A stretch of DNA of 64,000 nt, taken from the NCBI GenBank assembly GCA_003427395.1, contig BFEA01000001.1, positions 5,392,203 to 5,456,202 of the forward strand, given 5' to 3'. The position numbers and the translations under genes were made by a program. Of this stretch, positions 21,995-34,074 are shown piece by piece; positions within the stretch are counted from its first letter, which is position 1; each line of letters begins with the position of its first letter. This DNA is from Chara braunii. Taxonomy: Eukaryota > Plantae > Charophyceae. The notes beneath the pieces were generated by a model. The model searched no databases, was not told the origin of the DNA, and saw only the letters and a program-made list of their open reading frames with translations.

Positions 21995-24316
21995 TATAGC
22001 GAAGGGGCTTTGTGGTCTAATCTGACAACAAATACCATCACATATGTCAGATGCTGGCAAAATAATTCAGGCATTGTGACTTGAGACGAGTGATTTGGCT
22101 GGACAGGCTGGTCCAAAATTGACCGACGAAACCAGAGCACTAAAGCTGCGGTCCAGTTCGGACTGCAGCAGCACTGTCCAAGGCCCACCCTCTAGCTCAT
22201 GGCAACGTTCTCCTTCCACTGCCTGATATCTTTTACCCAGCTGATCTACAAATACAAAAAATCCTGACATCGGCAGCATAGCTCTATCAGAAATGGAAGG
22301 GTCAACACTCCGGTATAGCAGTGTAACACCCACATGCAGGAATCAGTGAGCAAGGCTCATTGCTTGAAATGTGTGGGCGTTGGAGAGTGCCACTGAGTTG
22401 GTGGCATTGTTGCGACTCCACTCACCACCTTAAACCAGAATACAAAACAGCCCATCACTGCGCAAACTATAGAGACCATACTGATCAAGTGTGGGAGGGC
22501 ACGGATACTTCCTGGCCTTGTGGTTTGAACACTCAGCTGGATCCGCCTTACCAACGACGTAACTAGATTAAAACAGCACAGGTCTATACTGAAACCATTG
22601 AACCTCTGCTTAATCCGAATCCCAACTGTCACAGGGGCTTGTAGACAGGTTAGTCTGACAGGCCAGACCACCTAAACCCACTATGAACACCACCACTATA
22701 GGTATGAGGAAGGTGTGAGACACAGCTGCGGTCTAACCAGAGCTAATGGACTTCCCTGTCACAGTCTCAGAATTGCCTTGGACTGGAGATTTTCTTTTAC
22801 CTATTGACACTTAAGGCCAAACGATTTTCACAAAACGATTTTCACATTCTTCAATGGTAAAGTTCCTTGTAACAAACAGCATGCGTTGCGTCATTATTGG
22901 AGCGTTAAGGTAATCAAGGAGCCCTAGCTCTACGAGTCCACTACTCCAGCAATTTCGCACATACCTTTCTTCCTCAGCTGTTCAAGAGTTTCAAGAATCT
23001 AATCCAAATCAGGTTCCATTCCATCTTCCCCTCTTATTTCCGCTCGAACTCGATGCCCTCATAGTCTTATTCAAAATGCCAAAGCTCGTTGCCGACAGCA
23101 CATTTCAACCATATTCAGAAATCAAGATGCTTGTGCACGACACATGCACTAGTGTGCAGAGCTTTCATAACCCAACTAAAGCTTCCTTCGGCATTCATGC
23201 CATACCCAAAAGCACAAGCCCCATGTACAACAAAACATCTACGTCACCCTCTCTAGCAGTCGACAGGGTACCTAAATCCAGACAGGATAGGTTGTGCAGC
23301 AGGAGATCACCCCTCTGAGGGAACTGAGAAGACATCGGTCATCCTTGCCTCCTTCACACTCCATCCTCTCTCGATGCGTACACAAAAACTGCAGATTTGA
23401 TAATATTGAGCACTCAACAGAACAAGTCCACAAGACAAAGCTTCTGCTTTCATTCCTGCGCTGCTGTGGCAAGCTGGTCACCGAGAACCAACAGTCCAGA
23501 AGCTAATGCTCGCATGACCTTGCACTCATGCAGTGAGGGTGTTTCTCAGATTTGGGAAGATCAGGCAAATTCAAGGGGGACGAGAAAAGATCCCCAAAGA
23601 GCGAACCCGAAGGAAAACGCACGTTCATTGGAGTTTTGGTGAGCACTGTCAAGCATGCAAGTCTGCAGGCAGTGGCATCCATTTTGAATATACACAGCGC
23701 TAGCAGACAGAACACGTAACACAGCAAGGCAGGTGTCAGACTGTGTGCTGTGCAGATCACTACCAAGGCAAGGCCCTGCCTGGGTTGCAGTGGTATCAGG
23801 ATAACAGTTTGTCGACGATTTACAAAACCCACAAAGAGATAGAAAGCAAGGGAGGGAGAGATTTTTGCAAGCGAAGTGATTGCAGATATGCAAGAGTGTC
23901 GCAGCTCTTCAAGCCACTTCTTCCTCAAGTCTGAGCAAACCTCCTGCCAGTGGTATAGCGGTGTGTTCCTCCTATTCTCCTCTTTCTAAAACGTCGACCA
24001 CATGGACGTGTAGCTCATTGATCTGTTTCAGCACTTCTACAGACAGCATCGTTAGCCTCTGTTTCTGAAGGCCATACCAAAACTCAGAGAGTGCGGGCAT
24101 CAGAACAATGACAATGCAAATAAATTCGTACAACTTCTACACGTCATCTGCCTGTTTCCTCCGTGCGGTCAGGGCGGCTTTCGGTGACCACGAATACGCA
24201 CACAACAGTCATTCTGCTATTCATGAAGTCAGTTTCCCTTTAAACCAGTAGTCGCACTAACTGATCTTGTTGCACCCCATGGGCAACAGCTAGTGAATTT
24301 CAACATTAGCCGAACT

Positions 24317-24495
24317 AGCTTTCACAAAATAGTACTATACCTACATACATCTACTGTCATTGGACATCTCAGTTGAGCACTGACAATGGCCACTTGAAAA
24401 CCAAGCTTTCACAAAATAGTATTATACCTACATACATCTACTGTCATTGGACATCTGAGTTGAGCACTGACAATGGGCCCTTGAAAACCAAGCTT
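24317..24495. repeat. 87-bp two-copy tandem duplication abutting the RCC1 gene stop codon
   Basis: AGCTTTCACAAAATAGTA...TTGAAAACCA starts at 24317 and 24404, with a third AGCTT at 24491. Confidence 0.92.
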
Positions 24496-25801
24496 AATTG
24501 GCACTGTTCGTCCTTTCCTCCACTACAGCTGCAGTGTGATTAAACCCACAGGATACTTGACGTACAAGGACTTCTAAACGTTCTCCCTCTATCTGCCCCC
24601 CACACCCTTTACATACCCCTTGGTCAACTAGCATGGGTTCAAGGTAATCAAACTCATTATTGTGCCCTAGCTGTCCTCCACTAGACTCCCGTTCTTCCAT
24701 AAACGCCCCCGTTGAACCCCCCCACCCCCAAGTGTATAAACGCCCAGCCTCTGTCAGAGCAGCACTATGTTTCCATCCACATGCTGCCTGGGTGATAGTT
24801 CTGTGCTTCAGGGCCTCCACTCGAACAGGGACACCTCTGTAGCTGTCCTGGTGATGGGCACCAAGTCCAAGACAGCCATGCTCATTAGCTCCACAGACAT
24901 ACAGATCTCCCGACTGTGTTATGGCTATCGAGTGCATTCCCCCGCAAACGACACTAGCAATCGCATGTGTGCTTTGAACCCGAGTTGGCAAAGGCGTGTC
25001 CTTCTCATTCCCGAGGCCAAGCTGATAGAACCTTCCATGGCCAAACATGAACAAGCTGCCATTCTCATCCACACAAGCCGAGTGCAGGTAGCCGGCAGAC
25101 ACAGACCGAATTCTTACCGGTTCAAGAGCTCGCACCAGGCGAGGGGTGCTCTCGCCCGTATTACGTCTCAAGCGGAGATAGAGAGGGACAGGTCCATGGC
25201 CCAGCCGTCCATTATCACCGCATCCCCACGTCAGTACTTCCCCGGTCTCAGTCACAGCTATAGTATGTTCACTTCCACAAGACACAGATGCAACATAGGT
25301 GCCTTCCAGTGCACGGATTTTAGCTGGCTTCGAGACACCATGCTTTCTCCCCTTAGATCCTAGGCCAAGTTGGCCATGCTCATTTCTTCCAAATGCGTAT
25401 ACATCCCCGTCCACAGCAAGGCAAATATTGTGATAGTGCCCAGCAGAAACAGACCGAATCGGAGGAAGATCCCTGACCTGAACCGGGGAGGTGACGAAGG
25501 GCTGTTCTGAGCCTATTCCAAGTTGCCCATGATCATTTAGTCCCATCGTAAAGAGACGGCCATCTTCTGCGACAACTGCAGTGTGAGCACCGCCACAAGC
25601 CACCTGCCTGATTGGCAGCCCTTCCATTGCATCACAAAACTTTGGCATCATGCATGAGTCAGTATTCCCATGACCAAGCCGCCCAAAATCCCCATTTCCC
25701 CAGACTGCAACTCGGCGAATCACTTGGACAGCTGTTGCAAACCGTCGACTCCATGTAGAACCGTGACACCGATGTAAAGCCTGAAGAGAAACTGGACCCA
25801 T
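24494..25801 (-). CDS. RUG3: RCC1-repeat beta-propeller protein, RUG3-like (RCC1/UVR8/GEF-like 3), probably mitochondrial
   Basis: Seven RCC1 repeats (WGNGDFGRLG, VACGGAHT, GLNDHGQLG, GSEHT, CGWKHSAA, SCGFNHTAAV). The TWGWGGS.G.F.....SSGGQLGH segment matches plant RUG3 as I recall it. The N-terminus is Arg/Ser-rich and lacks acidic residues, like a mitochondrial presequence. Confidence 0.85.
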   Translation of the reverse strand: MGPVSLQALHRCHGSTWSRRFATAVQVIRRVAVWGNGDFGRLGHGNTDSCMMPKFCDAMEGLPIRQVACGGAHTAVVAEDGRLFTMGLNDHGQLGIGSEQPFVTSPVQVRDLPPIRSVSAGHYHNICLAVDGDVYAFGRNEHGQLGLGSKGRKHGVSKPAKIRALEGTYVASVSCGSEHTIAVTETGEVLTWGCGDNGRLGHGPVPLYLRLRRNTGESTPRLVRALEPVRIRSVSAGYLHSACVDENGSLFMFGHGRFYQLGLGNEKDTPLPTRVQSTHAIASVVCGGMHSIAITQSGDLYVCGANEHGCLGLGAHHQDSYRGVPVRVEALKHRTITQAACGWKHSAALTEAGRLYTWGWGGSTGAFMEERESSGGQLGHNNEFDYLEPMLVDQGVCKGCGGQIEGERLEVLVRQVSCGFNHTAAVVEERTNSAN

Positions 25802-26945
25802 AAGTGTTGCTGCTGCTTCTTCTGCTCCAATTTATTTCCCTAGCAATGCCCGCGCATTGTTCAGAGGACTTAACTGATTACACATCCTGCGCAATTCACA
25901 GAAGAGTCATTGCATCGATTGGTGGCAGACATTGGTGATGGCAGAACGCATGTATATGACATAGCGGAGAGACATGAGAATAGAGTGGGCTCAAAAGCTC
26001 AACCTGTGGACTGATGATGGGCGCCATCTCAAGCAGCCCATTTCCCAAACCATAAGAGGTCCCAAGCAGAGTATTAATTCATCAAACGGGTTAGGAGAGT
26101 GATTCCCACTACTCTCATCAACCCTTTTGTGACATTCAGATGCTTGAGAGGTGTTCATGGTTGGCATTCCAATGCCCCCCGCGCCCCCACTCCCCACCCC
26201 CGCCCCCTCTCTAACTCTTATGTCTCCCTCATTCCACAACCCTAGGCGAAAATCCACTACCACTTAGGACAAGGCCATACCTTCCGCCGCTCATCTGGTT
26301 CTGGATTTCGCCTTCACCCACAGGCCATGTCTACCCTGTGTCAAAAGTTGCAGACCGATGGCCACATCCAGTTCGTTAAGACTACTGGATGAGAGATGGA
26401 GATCAGACCAGTTTGAACAGTTCCACTCAAATGGCATTCGCATTTACAGCCAGAACATGCCAAATCAAAAAGGGCACACTCTACAGTGATTGCACAAGGC
26501 CCATAGACAGGAGAACAGTGCAGCATACCCCAAATACCAAATAGTCACTGCACTCCCATTCTCCATGGCCTAAACCAGTTTCTAGCATTCCTGATCCGTG
26601 GACGATCTCTTCCCAAAGAATCTAAAGCCCAAGAAACATGACTTAAAAGGCTCTTACACTACGGACTGGGCCGGTAGCGAACAGGGAAGGCCACTACGAA
26701 GACAAACAGCTAGAGGCTCCCGAGCCTTGGAAGGTAGCTTCGTCAACTTGGGCTTGTGTGAACTGGTGGCTTAAAATCATTCCCACTGGGTGAAGGACAG
26801 TCGGTGAGATCATACTGATACAAGGACTTCCTCAACTGAAACAAAAGCGCCTGCCATCAGATACATCCCAAAAGGTCCTGGTGCAAACGAGCAGTCACAA
26901 GCTTGCTGGCTTGCCCCTAGGTCACCAATGCAGCTTTCTCCTTTC

Positions 26946-27197
26946 TTTCTACCTAGAAAGAATGGAAGCCCAGGCGTGCCATCTCTAGCATCAGGCTCAT
27001 ACCGATAAACAGGCTTGCAATCTCCAGCATCGAACTTATATTGATGAACATGGAAACAAGATCCATCCTCTTTCTACCTAGAACAGAATGGAAGCCCAGG
27101 CGTGCCATCTCTAGCATCAGGCTCGTACCGATAAACAGGTTTGCAATCTCTAGCATCGAGCCTATATGGATGAACATGGAAACAAGGTGCATCCTTA
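26946..27197. repeat. ~125-bp two-copy tandem duplication
   Basis: TTTCTACCTAGAA.AGAATGGAAGCCCAGGCGTGCC...GAACATGGAAACAAG at 26946 and 27071. Confidence 0.9.
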
Positions 27198-30063
27198 AGA
27201 TCATCAACGCCTGCCGGGGAGGGTGAACCACGTCAACGGCACAATTGAGAGTGTTCAAGTTTGCCACTGCCGCACTTCGGTAGTAAAGGATAAGATGTTG
27301 CAATGGGTCAGTGACACTACTGGCCCAAAGATACCCTACCACGGAAAAGAAAAGTTCAGCGAAGCAGCACGAACCTCATCAACACACCTTTTCCCAGCAC
27401 CTGAAAGCGGTCCAGTCGGATAAAGCGGCTTTGGCTCCAGCCAGGCAGGATTCATGATCCCAACCCCTAGCATGAGGCATAAGCACAACCAGACGCCAAA
27501 ATCAACCTCGCTGGTTGGTCGGTTGCAGTCTCGACCGAAGCTTACGCTCCCCACCCTCTGCCCTGTCCTTCCTCTTCTTTCTCTTTGCCTCTCTGCATTT
27601 GCATTGGACCTCCTTAGCCCCAATGCTTACATCTGTGTTGTGTTCATCCCTCTATCCCACCATCAGGCTTGTCCATTTGTGTGCTGTTGTGCTCTCATGT
27701 TCATGCCATTGCGCCCACGCCAATCTGTTCATAATTCACCTTATCTTCACATCTGCCTTACAACTCTATGCTTTTGTCCGCACAACTGCATATACTCCCA
27801 CCCATTTGCATTCACGCCTGGACGGTATGGGCAAGACAGCATGTCATTGAGACCTGATACTATCCCGAGATCGGTCCTTTTACCAGTGTTGTGGGAAGGT
27901 GTTGGGGGCCGGTGCAACTTCCACGATTCTTTCCCATCAAACCACCCACCCAGTTCATGCCCTCCACCCGACAGGACCTCCGAAAGGACTTCCAAAAAAG
28001 TCTACCTATCTCTCCTCCTCATCTGCTGATTTGCTTCTGTTTCAAGTACTCTGACAGCAGAACCTCCCAAGCAACTGAACGCTACGGTACTTGGGATTTT
28101 AGGTGTACCTTGCAACCCAACTACTCACCTTGATATAGTGGAGACACAGCCTCTCTAGTATGCACACAATTTGAGTGGGCTGAGGCCTACAAGGGGTGTG
28201 TGGGGGGTAGGACAGGAGGTGAGGCACTTACGTACGATTCCCAAGGGATGTGCTTCAAGGATGGATCATCCGAGGCCAAGGGGCAGTGCTTCAACAGTAG
28301 ACTCTCAGGGAGGCATCACCAGATGGGAAACAATGGTAAACTAGCCCAAGGGCTCTACGGTTACCTTAGGATTGTACAGAGGACTTGGAGAGAGTATACC
28401 GATAACAATAGGATCTATTGGGGATGCAGTAGTCAGTCTCCTTCTTACAGGGTGGGACAGAACGGGGGTGTTGAGTATCGTAATGGAATGGGGGATTGAC
28501 CACATATACACTCAATTTTTTTTTAGATGGGGGATCGGTTAGGATTCCGTAATGTGAGTTTAAGGGGACAAAATCTGCCTGGAGTGGGCCCTAGGGACGG
28601 CCCGTGGTGGACTGGCAATGATAAGGAACTGAGCCCCGTTCCTCAACCGGTAGGCGCTTGAGGGACACGACTTGCGATAAGATTAGAATAAGCAGCACAT
28701 GATAATCCATAAAGGTAGTTCACGAACACTATAGCGAGCCATCCAAAGAACCGTATCACTGGATCCCGGGAGAACTTGCAAGTCTGAATCCGGCCTCTTA
28801 CAATAACGTGGGGGGTTTAAGAAAAAGAATGCATAACACCTCAACCAGCATTATTGGCTAATCGAGCAAAAAAGAACAATTATATCCGTGCAGCACAGGA
28901 AGCATTTCAAGGAGGGAGGATATGGCGCATTTCATTAGGGAGTGCCAAAATGGATATCCTGCACAAAAGTGGTGTTCAGACGGATATTACCAAAAAGGAA
29001 GGTGGAAGGACTGAGAGGGGCTCAAAGTGGGAGGTACAGAGGGGCTCCGACAGGTGGAGAGGAAGAATTTGAAGGGTGTCAATGCATGTAAGCGTAGACA
29101 GGCCACACGAGAGGATATGGGGGTCATCACAAAGCATAGCGACTCAGAGAATTGTCGAGGACAACACAGAAACATGAGAGGAGCACAACGTCGGTACAGA
29201 GTGCAAGGCAAGAGGTACCAGCAGATTAACACTGCTCAAGGGTCTGCGGAGAACAGATGGGAGAAAGGGGTCAAAAGGAGGCACCGAGGGGAGGTGTCCA
29301 AGCCCAAGAGGAGACAGAACGAGGGGAGATGGCACAAGCCAAGGGGACATGATATATGCAGCATGGTGCCCACAAGGACGTTAAGCGGGGTAAAGGGATC
29401 ATCCTAAAACTCGAGATAGAAACATTTAAAAAATGCACATTACATTAAATTGACAATCATAGAAGATACCGCAGGGCTGTGCATGTTTCAAGCCTTTTGA
29501 ACGAATCCGGACGAATCTTGGCTACAGATACATCCACAGGATATTGTGCCGCTGTGAATGTTTCCAGCACTTCAAATGAGTCCCGACCAACTTTCCCAAC
29601 AGATACATGTATAACCTTGTGCAGTGGTCCAAGCCCTCACAAATCTCTTATATACGATGTGCCCTGTTCCGACGTGGAAGGTCCGCGCACACCAGCAACC
29701 AAACAGCGCACAAAACGACCAAAAAAGAAAACGAAAACAAGATGACGCAGACACGAGGAAATGGAACAGATGGGACGTTCACCTGCGTAGCCCCGCTATG
29801 TACTTATATTCAAACATGTGCCGCCTCCACTGCTATGGGAGTGCCGCAGTTTCCCACAGGACAGCACCCCCCTGGACCTCTTGCGTGCCAAAGATTTTTG
29901 CTGGGCCCGGCGGGCAGCGGCAGCTGAGGACCAGGTTAGTCTTTAGGCGTATAGAGAGAGACAGAGATAAGGAAATCGAACATGACCCTCAAGCCAAAAG
30001 ATGTTTGTACCCAGCAATTCTGGCTGAAAGGTAAGAACCCATGACCTGTTGATAAACCTGGAG

Positions 30064-30131
30064 TAAGCTCGAATCTAGATGTACCCCTAAGCTCGAATCT
30101 AGATGTACCCCTAAGCTTGAATCTAGATGTA
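30064..30131. repeat. 24-bp tandem repeat, ~2.8 copies
   Basis: Unit TAAGCTCGAATCTAGATGTACCCC. Confidence 0.9.
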
Positions 30132-30154
30132 ATCAGACGAGTGAAGTAACTTCC

Positions 30155-30213
30155 GATTTACCCGGGGTCGCCAGTTTCGACGATGATATCTCAAGGCCGT
30201 CGCCCTCTCAAAT
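30155..30213 (+). mobile_element. 3' tail fragment of the SINE family at 31439-31683
   Basis: GATTTACCCGGGG...CAGTTTCGACGATGATATCTCAAGGCCGTCGCCCTCTCAAAT aligns with the tail of that SINE. Confidence 0.6.
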
Positions 30214-30973
30214 TCACATGAAATACTAAGTCATTTGCATTGCAAATTCACACATACATAGTATTTTTCTGATTCTTTTGTTTTCCTTCCTTTTGTGCTG
30301 CTGCTGCTGCCCATCATCTTCCCCGAACCTTGCCCAGCCAGTACCCATCTTCCCTTTTTTCTTTCATTTCTTTTGCTGTTAAATTCCTGGCCACTCGTCA
30401 ATCAAGACCCCGTAACTGGAACGTAACGCGTGGCATATTGCAACAAAGCTGCAAGCAACGAGAGCACTCCACGTCACTACCAGTTTCCCTTTTCCTCCTA
30501 GTTTTCCGGAGGCGGTGTGCAACAGATCACAGTCAGGTCAAGAATCCAACAAGCATTGCCCCCCTGACTGCCACTACTTAAGCACAGTGCTCATGGTGGT
30601 TACGATCGGTCTATTGTCGTAGGATTGCCTTCATCCAGAGCACATTCAGTCTGATGCGTGTCGCATCAGTGGACCGTGTCTCTTGCCTTCACTGACGATG
30701 AGGCCAAGCAAGCAAGTCGGTGGCATGCGCCTCTTAATGATTGGTGGGAGTGACCAAGCCTACACCACACTAGCATTGTGGAAACTATTACAAAAAAAAT
30801 CTCGTCCATCAAGCAGAACACACCAAGATAGCATACGCCACCACCCAGTGCAGCGAGAACACTAGTATCAAGCACGCCCAAGGTTCTGCATCCGACTGTT
30901 CTACTGGGGCCATACCAGACAAGTGCCGGAACCACACTGCACATTCTTTCTTCTTCAGGGAACTTTCACGGTC

Positions 30974-31322
30974 TCTGTAATTCAATTTATCCACAGGACC
31001 GGGCTTGCCAAATGAGTGTACCAGGGTTCCCGCAGGTTGTGCACCCACTGAGCACCATGGTCAGTTACACCGACTTCCCTTCTAGGAAAGTACGTAACAG
31101 GGAACTTCACTGTCGCTGTAATAATTCTATTTATCCACAGGACTGGGCTTGCCAAACGAATGCACCAGGGTTCCCGCAGGTCTACCTACCTCAGGTTAAA
31201 TTGTGCACCCACTGAGCACCACGGTCAGTTGCACCAACTTTCCTTCTAGGAAAGTCGGTAAGGTCAGAGCGTGCTACGAATCTGACGCCAGAGGTTAAAT
31301 TGTGCACATGCTGAGCACCATG
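30974..31322. repeat. ~140-bp tandem duplication, two copies plus a partial third
   Basis: TTTATCCACAGGAC.GGGCTTGCCAAA...CCAGGGTTCCCGCAGGT...TTGTGCACCCACTGAGCACCA...TTCTAGGAAAGT is repeated. Confidence 0.85.
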
Positions 31323-31438
31323 CTTAGTCATGCTCGACAGGACGTTCATCCTTCGATCCAATACCTGCTAGATTGGAGAGGGGGGAGCAGGTTAGCCAGT
31401 TGTCTCTTGCTGCTCGACATCCACCGTGAAGGCTGAAT

Positions 31439-31683
31439 TTCTTTTTTATTTTTTATTTGAAGGGCGATGGCCTTGAGGTATTATCATCAGACTAACCAGC
31501 CCATGTAAATTCAATCTTGTGTCTAATCTGACAACGGTGGCCTTTTCAGCCCAGGGTGGCCTGATAGCCTTGAGGTGGCCTGATAGCCTTCAGGGATCCC
31601 CCACAGAGGCCAATGGGGATTGAACCCAAGACCTCCTGAATGCCACTTGCGTGCCTTACCAACTGAGCTTAGTCCCGCTGGAT
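31439..31683 (-). mobile_element. tRNA-derived SINE, 245 bp, with A-rich tail and perfect 12-bp TSD
   Basis: Minus-strand head ATCCAGCGGGACTAAGCTCAGTTGGTAAGGCACGCAAGTGGCATTCAGGAGGTCTTGGGTTCAATCCCCATTGGCCTC. TSD TGAAGGCTGAAT at 31427-31438 and 31684-31695. Confidence 0.92.
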
Positions 31684-32084
31684 TGAAGGCTGAATAGTAA
31701 ACTACCTAAGGCAGTTCAAAAAAGAACTTTGAGAAATTCCATTTCAGCAGATCTGCTCCATTCCTTTACTTTCATTCAGCTGACCACAGTGCGATTTGTT
31801 TTGCAGTCCACAGTTGGTTTGCGACAGTTATCATATTTGTTTGATTTATATGCTCCTCTCTAACAGATCATTTGGCTTCCATTTTCCCCCCATTAACCAT
31901 ATCAAACCTAAAATGTTTTCGGCCCTGGAACCAAACCAGAACAGAGGCACCCATCGTCTCCTCAAGGTAGGCGTCGAGATTAAGGGGGAGGGCAATAATT
32001 CTTAACTCTAGGGGTTGGTTTCCAACCCTCCTTTTCTGTCATCATCATAATCCTGGGAGCCCCCAGCATTGATCGAGTCTGCTA

Positions 32085-32087
<3 letters not shown>

Positions 32088-32145
<58 letters not shown>

Positions 32146-32178
32146 AAACACCACAACACGCACACACACACACACACC
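32088..32178. repeat. (CA)n microsatellite
   Basis: Read directly from the sequence. Confidence 0.95.
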
Positions 32179-33363
32179 AGAAGCTAGAAACTCACATCAA
32201 ATTATGGGTTATGACTGCCAAGACAATCAAAACCATGATAACACGTAAAAGCACACAAAGCCAAATGAGCATGCATAAAACTGCATGCACATGCATACAC
32301 AAGCGCATGTGATCAACTCCCTATCAACGTATGGAAGAAAGAACATAGACCAATCTCGCCAGGGTTTCCATCACACCACTCCGGCACTTACAAGACCACC
32401 GCAAGACACACCGGACTGGCAATGCTGGCTTTCTGACCGAGTCTCACCCTGGTCATGCACCATTAATAGCTACAAAACCTTAACACAGACATCTTAAACC
32501 ACCAGTGAAGTATTTGGCCGCAGGCACTGGAGAACCTGTTTTGAGCCTCTCCTAAAATTTAGGAGCCCTAGCGACGACGTAGATAAAATGAATCAGCGGC
32601 AGGCGGCCTCCGAAAGGGGCTCCCGCAGCCAATTGCTGGCATGTACTGGTGCTTTAAGGAATCTATCAGCTGGTGCAATCTCTAACAACCCCGCATTAGG
32701 ATCACCACAGCCACAACGGGATCAGATGACGGCTTTACGACCGAGAGTCTCTCACTGCCATGCACCAGTGGCAGCTACAAAGTATCAACTCAGAGATGCT
32801 AAGGAATCGCTGGAGTGGGCCCCTTCAGCCCAACACTGGCCCTCGCCAAGCTCATGCCACGTGTCCCTAGAGTCCGCAGTTTCCCGATTACAAACCCTAA
32901 ACGAAACGAACGTGAGCTAGGTTAAAAGGGAATGTGGGGACATAAAAGCGACTAGGACCAACCGGTGAGAAGGGACAAGCGGATCAAAGTGAGCCCCAAT
33001 CCCACTGAGCCCGACCTAGAAACACACTCTAAATGCCCCTTTGGCCCCTTCTGTCCATCTTAGCAAACACCCGCTAATTAGCTTTACCTTTCCAGGCCTG
33101 AGAATCCTCGTACCCCAGCACGAACCAGAGGTTCGTAGATTATCTTTCAAGTTGTTCTTTTTCTTTAAAGGCCCGCTTTGTAGAACACCCATGCGATAAT
33201 CAACAAAGATTTATTTATTTTAACCCCGATACGATTCACTGCAAAGCCAGTTGTGATCCCGAGAAAACCGAAAAGCAATTAGAGTCACAAAGTCGCGCAC
33301 CCACCCTCAGCTGAACAAAAAAGCATCCCAAGGGTCTTCACTCAACCCTCAACCCTAGTCACG

Positions 33364-33365
<2 letters not shown>

Positions 33366-33427
<62 letters not shown>
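33366..33427. repeat. (CT)n microsatellite running into an assembly gap
   Basis: Read directly from the sequence. Confidence 0.95.
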
Positions 33428-34074
33428 NNNNNNNNNNNNNNNNNNNNNNNNNNNNNNNNNNNNNNNNNNNNNNNNNNNNNNNNNNNNNNNNNNNNNNNNN
33501 NNNNNNNNNNNNNNNNNNNNNNNNNNNNNNNNNNNNNNNNNNNNNNNNNNNNNNNNNNNNNNNNNNNNNNNNNNNNNNNNNNNNNNNNNNNNNNNNNNNN
33601 NNNNNNNNNNNNNNNNNNNNNNNNNNNNNNNNNNNNNNNNNNNNNNNNNNNNNNNNNNNNNNNNNNNNNNNNNNNNNNNNNNNNNNNNNNNNNNNNNNNN
33701 NNNNNNNNNNNNNNNNNNNNNNNNNNNNNNNNNNNNNNNNNNNNNNNNNNNNNNNNNNNNNNNNNNNNNNNNNNNNNNNNNNNNNNNNNNNNNNNNNNNN
33801 NNNNNNNNNNNNNNNNNNNNNNNNNNNNNNNNNNNNNNNNNNNNNNNNNNNNNNNNNNNNNNNNNNNNNNNNNNNNNNNNNNNNNNNNNNNNNNNNNNNN
33901 NNNNNNNNNNNNNNNNNNNNNNNNNNNNNNNNNNNNNNNNNNNNNNNNNNNNNNNNNNNNNNNNNNNGGCTGACACGTGCATGCACACGCGCATCCAGGC
34001 AGGCACGTACGAAATGATGCGTTTGATGACTGGAACAACACAATAGAAAAGATCATAATTCCCACCCACTCTTC

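Noticed and set aside
33342-34069. Long ORFs spanning N gaps or (AG)n/(CT)n tracts (also 36419-37212, 56921-57972, 58134-58735, 61492-62287)
   Set aside because: They are open only because of Ns and dinucleotide repeats.
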